In this document: piece after piece, positions 39,069-49,186 of the stretch
Position numbering within the stretch: the first letter of the stretch is position 1
Layout: each line of letters starts with the position of its first letter
Origin: an uncultured Oscillospiraceae bacterium
Lineage (GTDB): Bacteria; Bacillota; Clostridia; Christensenellales; CAG-138
Length of the DNA stretch: 64,000 bases
NCBI GenBank assembly: GCA_964636405.1
Contig: CAZWSI010000005.1
Coordinates: 17,975-81,974 of the forward strand
Direction of reading: 5' to 3'
The notes under the pieces: generated by a model
What the model saw: only the letters and a program-made list of their open reading frames with translations
The model's database searches: none
What the model was told of the DNA's origin: nothing
Program-made: the position numbers and the translations under genes

Positions 39069-40109
39069 ATGCCGACGCGCATGATGGACGCGCTTGTTAA
39101 AACCTCGCCCGGAAAGGGCCTTACGCTGATGAAAATGCCTGTGCCGGAGCCCGGCATCGGCGAAGTGCTGATCAAAATTCACAAGACCGCCATCTGCGGC
39201 ACGGATGTGCACATATACAACTGGGATGCGTGGAGCCAAGCGCATATCGAGCCGCCCATGATTATCGGCCACGAGTATGTGGGCGAAATTGCCGCCGTCG
39301 GGCCCGGCGTGGAGGGCTATCATCCGGGGCAGATCGTATCCGGCGAGGGGCACATTGTCTGCGGCCGCTGCCGCAACTGCCGCGCGGGCAACGGCCAGTG
39401 GTGCAAGCACACCGTGGGCGTAGGCGTGCAGCGCAGCGGCGCGTTTGCGGAGTATCTATGCATTCCGGCCACGAACGTGATCGTCATCCCGGAAGGAATC
39501 GACGAGGAACTCGTGAGCTTTTTTGACGCGTACGGCAACGCCTTCCACACGGCCACCATGTTCGACGTGATCGGCGAGGATGTGCTCATCACCGGCGCGG
39601 GGCCTATCGGGGTCATGGCTGCGGGCATCTGCGCGCACAACGGCGCGCGGCGCGTCATCGTAACGGACGTGAACGATTACCGGCTGGATTTGGCCAAAAA
39701 GATGGGCGCGACCGCCACGGTTAATCTGCTCCGCGACGATTTGGACGAAACCATGCGCGGCCAGAATATCATCGAGGGCTTCGACGTAGGCTGCGAAATG
39801 AGCGGCAACGGCGCGGCGCTCAATCAAATGCTCAAGCACATGCGCAACGGCGGGAAATGCGCCCTGCTTGGCATCGCAGGCCCGAATACGGTGATCGACT
39901 GGAACGACGTCATTTTTAAGGGCCTGACCTTACAGGGCATCTACGGCCGCAAGATGTACGAAACCTGGTATAAAATGACGACCATGGTGGAGGCGGGATT
40001 CGACCTTTCGCCCGTCGTCACGCACCGCTTCCCCTACCCCGCGTTTGAAGAAGGCTTTGCCGCCATGAACAGCGGAAAATCGGGCAAGGTCATCCTAAGC
40101 TGGATATAA
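39069..40109 (+). CDS. tdh: L-threonine 3-dehydrogenase
   Basis: [44 protein letters not shown]. Confidence 0.95.
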   Translation: MPTRMMDALVKTSPGKGLTLMKMPVPEPGIGEVLIKIHKTAICGTDVHIYNWDAWSQAHIEPPMIIGHEYVGEIAAVGPGVEGYHPGQIVSGEGHIVCGRCRNCRAGNGQWCKHTVGVGVQRSGAFAEYLCIPATNVIVIPEGIDEELVSFFDAYGNAFHTATMFDVIGEDVLITGAGPIGVMAAGICAHNGARRVIVTDVNDYRLDLAKKMGATATVNLLRDDLDETMRGQNIIEGFDVGCEMSGNGAALNQMLKHMRNGGKCALLGIAGPNTVIDWNDVIFKGLTLQGIYGRKMYETWYKMTTMVEAGFDLSPVVTHRFPYPAFEEGFAAMNSGKSGKVILSWI

Positions 40110-40123
40110 AGGAGGAAACGACG

Positions 40124-41305
40124 ATGAAAAACGCGTATTCCATCTACGAAAGCATGCTGCGCGATATTCGGGCGGCGGGCACCTACAAGGACGAGCGCAT
40201 CATCACCACACCGCAAAGCGCGCGCATCGACACGACCGCCGCGCGCGGCGTGCTCAACCTCTGCGCCAATAACTATCTAGGTCTTTCGGCTGATCCCCGG
40301 CTGATTGCGGCCGCCAAGGCCTCTTATGACGAATGGGGCTTCGGTCTTTCCTCCGTGCGCTTTATTTGCGGCACGCAGGGTATTCACAAGGAGCTGGAGG
40401 GCCGCATCGCGCGCTTCCTCGGCATGGAGGACGCGATTTTATATTCCTCGTGCTTCGACGCGAACGGCGGCCTGTTCGAAACGCTGCTCACAGCCTTAGA
40501 CGCGGTGATTTCAGACGAGCTCAATCACGCAAGCATCATCGACGGCGTGCGGCTGTGCAAGGCCAAACGCCTGCGCTACAAGAATAACGATATGGTTGAG
40601 CTCCGCGCGCAGCTCGAGGCCGCGCGGGATTGCCGCGTCAAGCTGATCGCGACCGACGGCGTGTTCTCCATGGACGGCTACATCGCCAATCTTGCCGGCA
40701 TTTGCGACTTGGCCGAGGAATACGGCGCGCTGGTTATGGTGGACGATTCTCACGCCGTGGGCTTTATGGGCGCGCACGGGCGGGGCACGCCGGAATACTG
40801 CGGCGTTATGGGCCGCGTGGATATCCTCACGGGCACCTTCGGCAAGGCGCTCGGCGGCGCGTCGGGCGGATATACGGCGGCAAAGCGGGAGGTGGTCGAG
40901 CTGCTTCGCCAGCGGTCGCGGCCGTATCTGTTTTCAAATACGGTGGCCCCCGCCATCTGCGCGGCGACGATCAAGACCATCGATCTGCTGGAGGAATCCA
41001 CGGCGCTGCGCGACGGTGTGCACGAAAACGCCCGTTATTTCCGCGAGGAAATGGGAAAGCTGGGCTTTGATTTGCTGCCGGGCGAGCACCCCATCGTGCC
41101 CGTCATGCTCTACGACGCGGTGACGGCGCAGGAATTTGCGCGCAGGATGCTCGAAAAGGGCGTATACGTGGTGGGCTTTTGCTACCCCGTGGTGCCCCTG
41201 GGCAGGGCGCGCATCCGCACGCAGCTCTCCGCCGGGCACACGAAGACGGATCTCGATTTTGCCGTGCAGTGCTTTGCCGAGGTCAAGAAGGATATGGGAT
41301 TATAG
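40124..41305 (+). CDS. kbl: Glycine C-acetyltransferase (2-amino-3-ketobutyrate CoA ligase)
   Basis: [46 protein letters not shown]. Confidence 0.96.
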   Translation: MKNAYSIYESMLRDIRAAGTYKDERIITTPQSARIDTTAARGVLNLCANNYLGLSADPRLIAAAKASYDEWGFGLSSVRFICGTQGIHKELEGRIARFLGMEDAILYSSCFDANGGLFETLLTALDAVISDELNHASIIDGVRLCKAKRLRYKNNDMVELRAQLEAARDCRVKLIATDGVFSMDGYIANLAGICDLAEEYGALVMVDDSHAVGFMGAHGRGTPEYCGVMGRVDILTGTFGKALGGASGGYTAAKREVVELLRQRSRPYLFSNTVAPAICAATIKTIDLLEESTALRDGVHENARYFREEMGKLGFDLLPGEHPIVPVMLYDAVTAQEFARRMLEKGVYVVGFCYPVVPLGRARIRTQLSAGHTKTDLDFAVQCFAEVKKDMGL

Positions 41306-41333
41306 GGCGATTCGCGCTCCTTCTCCGTTCTTT

Positions 41334-41360
41334 GCGCCGTCTTGTCAGGCGGCGTTTTTT
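41334..41360 (+). terminator. Terminator after kbl
   Basis: GCGCCGTCT-tgtc-AGGCGGCGT then T run. Confidence 0.6.
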
Positions 41361-41467
41361 GTTTGCGTTTACCGAAGCGAAAAAATATATTATAATAACC
41401 GTGAAGAAAAACGGAAAAACAACGCTCTATATATTGTGATCACAATCAAACGGAAAGGAGAGCGTCT

Positions 41468-41953
41468 TTGACTGCAAAAGAATTCGAAAAAGGAATCCTC
41501 GATTACAAGGATCATCTTTTCCGCGCGGCGCGCTGCATAACCCGTTGCGATGCCGATGCGGAGGACGCGGTATGCGAAGCCATTGTAAAGGCCTATACGC
41601 ACCTTGACGCGCTCAAATACAGACGCGCGTTTCACGCGTGGATGCTCAAAATCACCATTCGCGAGAGCTATCGCATCTGCCGGCTGCGCGGCGGGGAAAC
41701 GCCCCTTTCGGACGCGGACGCGCTGCCGGGCGCGCACGACGGCTACGAGGAGGACGGGTTGCTGTGCTACGTAAACCTCTTGCCGGAGGAGCTCCGCCTT
41801 CCCGTGCTGCTGTTCTATTTTGAAGGCATGCACACAAGCGAGATCGCCGATCTGCTCAAGATTCCCGAGGGAACGGTGAGCTCTCGCTTGAACCGCGCGC
41901 GCACAAGGCTGCGCGTCATGATACCCATGGAGGGAAAAAGCTATGCGATCTGA
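41468..41953 (+). CDS. ECF sigma-70 factor
   Basis: DAEDAV, FHAWMLKI, LPEELR, EIADLLKIPEGTVSSRLNRAR; AAGGAG RBS before TTG. Confidence 0.92.
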   Translation: MTAKEFEKGILDYKDHLFRAARCITRCDADAEDAVCEAIVKAYTHLDALKYRRAFHAWMLKITIRESYRICRLRGGETPLSDADALPGAHDGYEEDGLLCYVNLLPEELRLPVLLFYFEGMHTSEIADLLKIPEGTVSSRLNRARTRLRVMIPMEGKSYAI

Positions 41954-43550
41954 TCAAAAAACAGTTTTTGACAAATATCTGTCCGGCAGGGCACGGCGCG
42001 ATAAAATTCGCACGCCTGCGGGCTTTAGCGCGCGCGTGGACGACACGCTACGTTCGCTCTCGGGGGGCGCGGAGGCACGGAGCGTTGCGGTTCCCGTGCG
42101 CCGTCTTGGCCGCAGGGCCATGGCGGCGCTGGTGGCGGCCGCCATTCTCCTTGTCACCGCTACGGCGCTTGCCGCCGTATACTTTAGCCGCATGCAAAAG
42201 TTCAAGGATGAAACGCAGGCTGTGCTGGACGCAAGCTACGTCGAGTGGATGCCTACGAATATTCAGCCCAATGGCCTAAAAACAAACGTCGCCGGGATCG
42301 AGCTTTCGATCAATTGGTTCTATTATCAGGATTCGGACGAGGCCGGCGGCAGCAAGCAGTTTATCGTGCAATATGTGGCGTATTCTCCAACCGACCCCGG
42401 CGCGATGGAACGTTCGGACTTCTGTATGACGGTCAACAGCGGCGAAGCGATCCCGACCGCGTACAACGACCCGGAGGCCTTTGAAAAGCAAACGGACCCG
42501 AGCGAGGGCTACAAAGCCTATATTTCCGCAGCCTACGCGGTGGCGGCAAACCCGCTGACGGAGGGCAACACGCTCCTGTTCACGGGAAAAATCGCGGGTG
42601 AGGATTACGCCATGACCTATACGCTCGACACGGAAACCATGGCGCAGCTCAAATCGGAGGTGGAGGCCGAATACGCGCAGTCCTCCGCCGTGTTGGAGGC
42701 CATTCCGCAGGAGGCGGCCGAGGTGGAGCTCTCCTTTATGGGCTATACCATCAAGGAGGTCGCGGTCAAGGACGGCTTTATGTACTTTACCCAGCAGAAT
42801 ATCCCGGAATACTGGGAAGCGCATGAAGGCGGCCGTGAAACCTCGCCGGAGGAGGCAGCGCTTGGGGCGGAGGGGATTTACGCAGGCATAGACGTGTTCC
42901 CCTTCATCGACGGCTGCCCCATGCTGCACGAAGCGCTTGGCAATGTGGATCAGGTTTACCCGGACGGCTACGTATACCGCACGTATATCGGCCGCAGCCG
43001 CGACAAGCTCCCGGCGCGCTCGCTCATTTCGTTTACCGGCATCGTGTTCTATTATGAATGGGCCACGGACACGGTAATCGCGCCAGCGGACGAGGCGGAG
43101 CAAAAGGAATGGCGCCAAACGAACATGGAGCTTGTCCGGCAAAACGCCGCAAAGGACGCTTGGTTCAGCTTCTCTGCGGAAACGGACGCCTTTACCGCGA
43201 CCGACCTAATCTTTAACAATCGCCTTTGGGGCACTATCGGCCTCGCGCTCAATACGCCGGACGCGTACGAGGGCGCGCGGGGCGACGTGCCCGTTGTGAC
43301 GATTGACGGCACGAAGCTGGAATATCTGGGCGATTCCAAATTTCACATCGACGAATGGCCGGGTGGCTCCCAGCGCGGCAATCAGCGCCACGGCTATAAC
43401 TACGTGGGCATAGCTGCCGCCGACCTGGGCGAAAGCTTCGAGGTGACGGTGGAGTGGCGCGGCGAGAAAACGAGCTTTACGCTTAAAGGAGCGAGCGCCG
43501 TTACGGAGAACATCCCTTATACGGAGTATAAAACGATATTCGGCTACTAA
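41943..43550 (+). CDS. Anti-sigma-like membrane protein (single TM, large extracytoplasmic region)
   Basis: Overlaps the ECF gene; short cytoplasmic N-terminus (PAGFSARVDDTLRSL), TM ending TATALAA. Confidence 0.8.
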   Translation: MRSDQKTVFDKYLSGRARRDKIRTPAGFSARVDDTLRSLSGGAEARSVAVPVRRLGRRAMAALVAAAILLVTATALAAVYFSRMQKFKDETQAVLDASYVEWMPTNIQPNGLKTNVAGIELSINWFYYQDSDEAGGSKQFIVQYVAYSPTDPGAMERSDFCMTVNSGEAIPTAYNDPEAFEKQTDPSEGYKAYISAAYAVAANPLTEGNTLLFTGKIAGEDYAMTYTLDTETMAQLKSEVEAEYAQSSAVLEAIPQEAAEVELSFMGYTIKEVAVKDGFMYFTQQNIPEYWEAHEGGRETSPEEAALGAEGIYAGIDVFPFIDGCPMLHEALGNVDQVYPDGYVYRTYIGRSRDKLPARSLISFTGIVFYYEWATDTVIAPADEAEQKEWRQTNMELVRQNAAKDAWFSFSAETDAFTATDLIFNNRLWGTIGLALNTPDAYEGARGDVPVVTIDGTKLEYLGDSKFHIDEWPGGSQRGNQRHGYNYVGIAAADLGESFEVTVEWRGEKTSFTLKGASAVTENIPYTEYKTIFGY

Positions 43551-43564
43551 ACGGCCCAAAAACG

Positions 43565-43597
43565 CGGCGCGCCGCTCCACAGTGGAGCGGCGCGCCG
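43565..43597. terminator. Bidirectional terminator hairpin
   Basis: Perfect 16-bp inverted repeat CGGCGCGCCGCTCCAC-a-GTGGAGCGGCGCGCCG between convergent genes. Confidence 0.8.
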
Positions 43598-43609
43598 TTT
43601 TGCGTCGTT

Positions 43610-43942
43610 TTACAAAAGCTTGTCAAGCATGGCGGCAAGCGCCTGCTTAGGCCGTGCGCCAACCGATTTTTCAGCCAGCTTGCCGTTTTTGAACGCCAAT
43701 ATGGTAGGAATGGTCGCGATGCCGTAACGCGCGGCAAGCGCCGCTTCCTCATCCACATTGACCTTGCCGACGATCGCGCGACCGTCGTATTCCTTGGCAA
43801 TCTGCTCCACAAAGGGTCCAATCATGCGGCAGGGGCCGCACCAGCTCGCCCAAAAATCGACAAGCACGGGCAGCTCGTTTTGCGCAAGCGCCGCGTCAAA
43901 GCTCTCCGTCGTGAAATGCCGAAGGACTTCCTTCTTCTCCAT
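43610..43942 (-). CDS. trxA: Thioredoxin
   Basis: VDFWASWCGPCRM. Confidence 0.95.
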   Translation of the reverse strand: MEKKEVLRHFTTESFDAALAQNELPVLVDFWASWCGPCRMIGPFVEQIAKEYDGRAIVGKVNVDEEAALAARYGIATIPTILAFKNGKLAEKSVGARPKQALAAMLDKLL

Positions 43943-44363
43943 CGTTTGTCACCTCCGTATTTAGTATGGCCCGCATACGCGGGGTAAACCTATGCTTTGC
44001 GCGCAGTTTCGGCTCAAGCAGCCGGAGCGCAAGAAAGCCGACCGCGCAACACGCAAGTCCCGTGAGCGCGGAAACGGCGTCGGAAACGAGCGAACCGATA
44101 GACAGCCCGCCTACCAGCAGCGCGAGCGGCACGCAATAGGCAAGGAGGCTTGCCAGCACTAGGCTGCGCGCCTCTATGTTTACCTCGACCGTGTCCCCCG
44201 CCCGCGCGTTAAGCGTGTTCTTGACCCGAAGCTGCATCTCCTTTTCGCCAATGGCGAGGCAACCGCAGCAGTGCGCGCACATGGCGCTGCGCGTAAAGCG
44301 CACCACGGCGTCGCCGCCATCAAGCGAGACGACGCGGCCAAGGTGCGCGCCCTGCGCGGGCAC
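43896..44363 (-). CDS. RseC/MucC (SoxR-reducing system) family protein
   Basis: RSAMCAHCCGC, N..NARAGDTV, LAYCVPL, two TM helices; GTG start after GAGG. Confidence 0.8.
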   Translation of the reverse strand: MPAQGAHLGRVVSLDGGDAVVRFTRSAMCAHCCGCLAIGEKEMQLRVKNTLNARAGDTVEVNIEARSLVLASLLAYCVPLALLVGGLSIGSLVSDAVSALTGLACCAVGFLALRLLEPKLRAKHRFTPRMRAILNTEVTNDGEEGSPSAFHDGEL

Positions 44364-44364
44364 G

Positions 44365-46155
44365 TCATTCCTCGACACAGCGAATGTGCAGCTCGGCAAG
44401 CTGCTTATCGTCCACCGCGTCCGGCGCGCCGGTGAGCGGGCAGGACGCATTCTGTACTTTCGGGAAGGCGATTACATCGCGGATGCTGGAAGCGCCGGAA
44501 AGCAGCATGACCACGCGGTCAAGACCGTAGGCGATGCCGCCGTGCGGAGGCGGCCCGTACTGGAACGCGTCGAGGAGGTAACCAAAGCGACGCTTGGCCT
44601 CCTCGTCGGTAAAGCCCAGCGCGCGGAACATGCGCTTTTGCAGCTCCGTGGAATGGATGCGGATGGAGCCGCCGCCAATCTCCGTTCCGTTGAGCACGAT
44701 ATCGTAGGCTTTGGCGCGCACCGCGCCCGGATCGGATTCGAGCAGCTCCATATCCTCGTCCATAGGGCTGGTGAAGGGATGGTGCATGGCCATAAAGCGG
44801 TTCTCCTCCTCGCTCCAATCCAGCAGCGGGAACTCCGTAATCCAGAGGAGGTTGAACTTGCTTTTGTCAATGAGGCCCAGCTTATCGCCAAGCTTTAGGC
44901 GCAGCGCGCCCAGCGATGCGAACACCGTTTCGTTCTTTGCATCCGCCACGAAGAAGGCAATATCGCCCGTTTCAAGGCCAAGCTGCGCGGTGAGCGCGGC
45001 AAAGCGCTCCTCCGAAAAGAACTTGTGGATGGGAGACTGCACGCCGTCCGGCTTGCAATTGATCCACGCGAGGCCCTTGGCGCGGTAGGTCTTGACGAAT
45101 TCGGACAGCGCGTCGATCTCCTTGCGCGAAAACGCCGCGCTTTGGCCCTTGGCCACGATGCAGCGCACGCTGCCGCCCTCGGCGAGAGCATTGTCGAAAA
45201 CGGAGAAGCCGCAGTCCTTTACCAGCGCCGAAACATCCTGCAGCTCAAGCCCAAAGCGCGTATCCGGCTTGTCGGAGCCAAAGCGGTCCATGGCCTCCCG
45301 CCAGGTCAGGCGCGGCAGCGGAAGCTGGATTTCCATTCCCATGATCTCAGCAAAGAGCGTCTTGAGGAACCCCTCGTTGACCGCGAGCACATCGTCGATC
45401 TCGACAAAGGACATTTCGATATCGATCTGCGTAAAGTCCGGCTGGCGATCCGCGCGCAGGTCCTCGTCGCGGAAACAGCGCACGATCTGCATATAGCGGT
45501 CGAAGCCCGACACCATCAAAAGCTGCTTAAACTGCTGCGGGCTTTGCGGCAGCGCGTAAAAGCGGCCCGGATGCACGCGGCTCGGCACAAGATAATCGCG
45601 CGCACCCTCCGGCGTACTCTTGGTGAGCATGGGCGTCTCGATCTCTAAAAAGCCGTTTTCAGAGAAATACTTGCGCGTGCAGAACGCGATTTTATGCCGC
45701 AAAAGCAGATTCTGCTGCATCATGGGGCGACGCAAATCGAGATAGCGATACTTTAAGCGCACAAGCTCGCTGGCGTTACAATCGTCATCCACCTCAAAGG
45801 GCGGCGTTTCGCTGCGGGAGAGGAGCTTAAACTCGCTGACAAGCAGCTCCAGCTCGCCCGTCTTCATGTTGGGATTGATCATATTGCCCGTACGGAGCGC
45901 CAGCTTCCCCTTGACCGCGAGCACATATTCGGAGCGGATCGCACCCGCGCGGGCAAACGCCTCCTGTGAAAGCGTGCCGGAATCAAACACGACCTGCATA
46001 ATGCCGCTGCGATCGCGCAATTGCACAAATATGAGCGCGCCCAAATCACGCCGCACGTTCGTCCAGCCCATGAGGCAGAATTCCTTGCCCGCGTCGGAGC
46101 GCGTCGGCTCCGCGCAATAACAGCTCCGCCGCCATTCGCCCAATAATTCACTCAT
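44365..46155 (-). CDS. aspS: Aspartate--tRNA ligase
   Basis: LRDRSG, YRYLDLRR, TPEGARDY, FRDEDLRADRQP, HHPFT, GPPPHGG. Confidence 0.97.
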   Translation of the reverse strand: MSELLGEWRRSCYCAEPTRSDAGKEFCLMGWTNVRRDLGALIFVQLRDRSGIMQVVFDSGTLSQEAFARAGAIRSEYVLAVKGKLALRTGNMINPNMKTGELELLVSEFKLLSRSETPPFEVDDDCNASELVRLKYRYLDLRRPMMQQNLLLRHKIAFCTRKYFSENGFLEIETPMLTKSTPEGARDYLVPSRVHPGRFYALPQSPQQFKQLLMVSGFDRYMQIVRCFRDEDLRADRQPDFTQIDIEMSFVEIDDVLAVNEGFLKTLFAEIMGMEIQLPLPRLTWREAMDRFGSDKPDTRFGLELQDVSALVKDCGFSVFDNALAEGGSVRCIVAKGQSAAFSRKEIDALSEFVKTYRAKGLAWINCKPDGVQSPIHKFFSEERFAALTAQLGLETGDIAFFVADAKNETVFASLGALRLKLGDKLGLIDKSKFNLLWITEFPLLDWSEEENRFMAMHHPFTSPMDEDMELLESDPGAVRAKAYDIVLNGTEIGGGSIRIHSTELQKRMFRALGFTDEEAKRRFGYLLDAFQYGPPPHGGIAYGLDRVVMLLSGASSIRDVIAFPKVQNASCPLTGAPDAVDDKQLAELHIRCVEE

Positions 46156-47431
46156 TTTCTGCTTCCTCCTGCTGTTTGATACAGCTCATGATTCCCGCTA
46201 CGGACAGTGAAACCTCAATCGTTGCTCCGTCCGACAGATTTTTCAGCTTTGCGCGCCCGGCGGCAAGCTCGTCGCCGCCGACGGTGAGCACCCGCTTTGC
46301 GCCGAGCTTATCGGCGTACTTAAACTGCGCCTTTAGGCTCCTGCCCACGTTGTCGATCTCCGCGGATACGCCGCCTCTGCGGATTTCGTCCACAAGCGGA
46401 AACGCCGCGCGATAGCTTTCCTCGTCAAGGGTCGCTACATAGAGCTGCGCGCGTGCGGGCTTTGGAATGGCGAGCCCCAGCTCGCGCATGAGCAACAGCA
46501 CGCGCTCCATGCCCATGCCAAAGCCGACCGCCGGCATCGCGGGCCCGCCGAGCTGCGCAATCAGCCCGTCGTAGCGCCCGCCGCCGCAGAGAGAGCCCTG
46601 CGCGCCGATTTGATCCGAAACGATCTCGAACACCGTCCGGGTGTAGTAATCCAGCCCGCGCACAAGCGAGGGCGTTACGCGGTAGGCAATGCCTACGCTG
46701 TCGAGCAGCGCGCAAAGCGTTTCAAAGTGCGCGCGACAATCGTCGCAGATATAGTCCTGTATGCTCGGCGCGCCCTTGACGGCCTCTTTGCACGCGGGAA
46801 CCTTGCAGTCCAGCACGCGAAGCGGATTTTGCGCAAGGCGCGTGCGGCAGGTTTCACAAAGCGAAGCTTCGCGCTCGGAAAGGAACGCGATAAGCGCCTC
46901 TTGATAGCGCGGGCGGCAAGCCGGGCAGCCGATGCTGTTGAGCAGCACCGTAAGATCGCGCAGGCCCAGCCGTGAAAAAAGCGTAACGACAAGCGAAATG
47001 CACTCCGCGTCCGCGCCCGGCTTTTCCGCGCCGAACAGCTCCACGCCGAATTGATGATGCTCCCGAAGCCGCCCCGCCTGCGGCCGGTCGTAACGGAATA
47101 CGGGCGCGTTGAGATAATATACCTTGGTGGGCTGTGCATCGGAAAACAGCCCGTTTTCCACGAACATGCGCACCATGCCCGCCGTCCCCTCCGGCTTGAG
47201 GGTGATAGAGCGGTCGCCCTTGTCGTTAAAGGTGTACATCTCCTTTTGCACAACGTCCGTCGTGCCGCCAATGCCGCGCAAAAAGAGCTCCGTATGCTCG
47301 ATCACCGGCGTGCGCGTTTCCAAATAACCGTAGCTTGCGGCAAGCGCGCGAATCTGCGCTTCAAGATACTGCCACTGGTAGCTCTCCTGCGGCAAAACAT
47401 CCTTGGTGCCCTTGGGCGCCTGATAGGCCAT
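46148..47431 (-). CDS. hisS: Histidine--tRNA ligase
   Basis: APKGTKD, LKPEGTA, RPQAGRLREHHQFG, LVRGLDYY, GGGRYDGL. Confidence 0.97.
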   Translation of the reverse strand: MAYQAPKGTKDVLPQESYQWQYLEAQIRALAASYGYLETRTPVIEHTELFLRGIGGTTDVVQKEMYTFNDKGDRSITLKPEGTAGMVRMFVENGLFSDAQPTKVYYLNAPVFRYDRPQAGRLREHHQFGVELFGAEKPGADAECISLVVTLFSRLGLRDLTVLLNSIGCPACRPRYQEALIAFLSEREASLCETCRTRLAQNPLRVLDCKVPACKEAVKGAPSIQDYICDDCRAHFETLCALLDSVGIAYRVTPSLVRGLDYYTRTVFEIVSDQIGAQGSLCGGGRYDGLIAQLGGPAMPAVGFGMGMERVLLLMRELGLAIPKPARAQLYVATLDEESYRAAFPLVDEIRRGGVSAEIDNVGRSLKAQFKYADKLGAKRVLTVGGDELAAGRAKLKNLSDGATIEVSLSVAGIMSCIKQQEEAENE

Positions 47432-47460
47432 GGTGGTTTCCTCCTTCTGCCTTCCCCGAT

Positions 47461-47692
47461 AAAATAAAAAGCAGGCTTTCGTCCATGAGGGACGGAAAAC
47501 CCGCGGTGCCACCCTGATTGAGCGAAGATCGCTCCTCTTTTGCCCGATAACGCCGGTACGCGTCACTGCGTACATTGCTTCGGCAGCGCGGCTTACGGGT
47601 GCCCTTGGCGGAGAACTCTGCATGCGCGGCTTGCAGCACGTGCCACGCTCTCTGAAAATGCCGTCTCTTCGTTACTCTCCCGGTCACAGCCT
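47461..47692 (-). ncRNA. T-box riboswitch leader, His (CAC) specifier
   Basis: Minus strand AGAGA/GCTGCA stem I loops, GGG-CAC-CCG specifier, T-box AATCAGGGTGGCACCGCG, antiterminator CGTCCCT, terminator plus U-run. Confidence 0.9.
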
Positions 47693-47700
47693 TTCGTCAC

Positions 47701-47729
47701 ATTATACGCAGCCAGGCAGCGCGTGTCAA
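47701..47729 (-). promoter_or_regulatory. Consensus sigmaA promoter of the T-box-hisS-aspS unit
   Basis: TTGACA-N17-TATAAT exact match. Confidence 0.9.
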
Positions 47730-49186
47730 TCGGAAAATAAGCGTTCCTTATCAAAAAGGAGCTGAGGAAGCTTGCCGATGTAGGTCGGCACGTCCTTGGG
47801 CGCGGGCAGGCGTTCAATACGGCCGCCGGATTGATACACGCGCTTGGTCATGGCGTTGGCGCCATGTGCGAGGATGCTCACGCTCTCCTCCATCATGTCG
47901 ATATTATAGGCGCACTCCGTTCCCGGCAGCGCGTAGCCTACGTTTTCCAGATTGCCCCGCATGTATTTTTGCCTGTACATATAATACGGCCGCATGCCAA
48001 GCCCGCGCGCTGCGTCCAGCCCCGCGCGAACCATAGCGGAGGCCTCCTCCTGCTCCGGCATGGGGTGCTTTTCCAGCTCGCGCCGCAGCAACGACGCGCG
48101 CTTGACAGCCAGCGTATGCACGGTGAGGTTATCCGGCCGGAGCGCGGAAAGCGCGTCAAGCGTGTGTTGTCCGTCCGCAAGGCGCTCACCCGGAAGCCCG
48201 GCGATTACGTCCATATTGATAATAAAGTCCCCCGCCGCCCGCGCAAGCGCATACGCGTCCGCAATATCTGCCGCCGTATGCTTGCGCCCTACGCGCGCGA
48301 GCGTTTCGTCGCGCATGGTCTGCGGATTGATGGAAACGCGACAAACGCGATGCCCAGCAAGCACGGCAAGCTTTTCAGCCGTGATCGTATCGGGCCGCCC
48401 GGCCTCCACGGTGCATTCTCCGCCCAGAGAGCCGTAGCAGCTTTTCACGTGCGATAACAGCTTGTCGAGCTGCCCGGCGCTAAGGATGGTGGGCGTGCCG
48501 CCGCCCATATACAGATTGCGCAGCGAAAAGCCTTTTTTAGTAAAGAGCCGGGCGCCCGCCGAAATGTCCTCGTAAAGCGCGGTCAGGTAGGCTTCGACGG
48601 CGGCCGGATCGCGCGCGACCTCGGAGCCGAACGAGCAATACAGGCAGCGCGACGCACAGTACGGGATGCCGATGTACACATCCAGCGCAGCGGGCTTTAC
48701 GGAGGAAAGAAAGGGCCTTTGCACAGCGCAGATATCCCGCGTAAGCGCAAGCTTCTCGGGCGAAACGTCAAAAAGACGCGCAAAGCTTTCCTCCGCGTCT
48801 TGGCCCCGCAAGGTCAGCTCCCTGAAAAGCTTGGTCGGGCGGATGCCCGTAAGCGAGCCCCAAGGCGTGGCCACCTCCGGATAAAGGCGCTTAAACAGAC
48901 GGTAGGCCGCAAGCTTTGCCATGCGCTTTTCCACGCGCTTTTGCTCCAGCACGCCGGTGGGCCGTCCGGAGGCGGCGCTTTCTGCCGACAGACCCCCCAT
49001 CCGCGCCGTGGCGTGGGGTACGCCGTCCTCAGAAAGGAGCGTCACAAAAAGCGTGTCCGCGTCCTCCTCGGCTTTGGAGGCAAGGGCTTCGGGAACCAGC
49101 TCAATGGGTGCGTCGCCCAGAAAGAGGCGCATTTCCTCGGAAATATCGTTAAAGAAATCGGGACGGTTTGTAACGAGCTTCACCAA
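47726..49186 (-). CDS. hemZ: HemZ-family radical SAM protein
   Basis: PWGSLTGIRP, CASRCLYCSF, YMGGGTP, EAGRPDT, PYYMYRQK. Confidence 0.92.
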   Translation of the reverse strand: MVKLVTNRPDFFNDISEEMRLFLGDAPIELVPEALASKAEEDADTLFVTLLSEDGVPHATARMGGLSAESAASGRPTGVLEQKRVEKRMAKLAAYRLFKRLYPEVATPWGSLTGIRPTKLFRELTLRGQDAEESFARLFDVSPEKLALTRDICAVQRPFLSSVKPAALDVYIGIPYCASRCLYCSFGSEVARDPAAVEAYLTALYEDISAGARLFTKKGFSLRNLYMGGGTPTILSAGQLDKLLSHVKSCYGSLGGECTVEAGRPDTITAEKLAVLAGHRVCRVSINPQTMRDETLARVGRKHTAADIADAYALARAAGDFIINMDVIAGLPGERLADGQHTLDALSALRPDNLTVHTLAVKRASLLRRELEKHPMPEQEEASAMVRAGLDAARGLGMRPYYMYRQKYMRGNLENVGYALPGTECAYNIDMMEESVSILAHGANAMTKRVYQSGGRIERLPAPKDVPTYIGKLPQLLFDKERLFSD

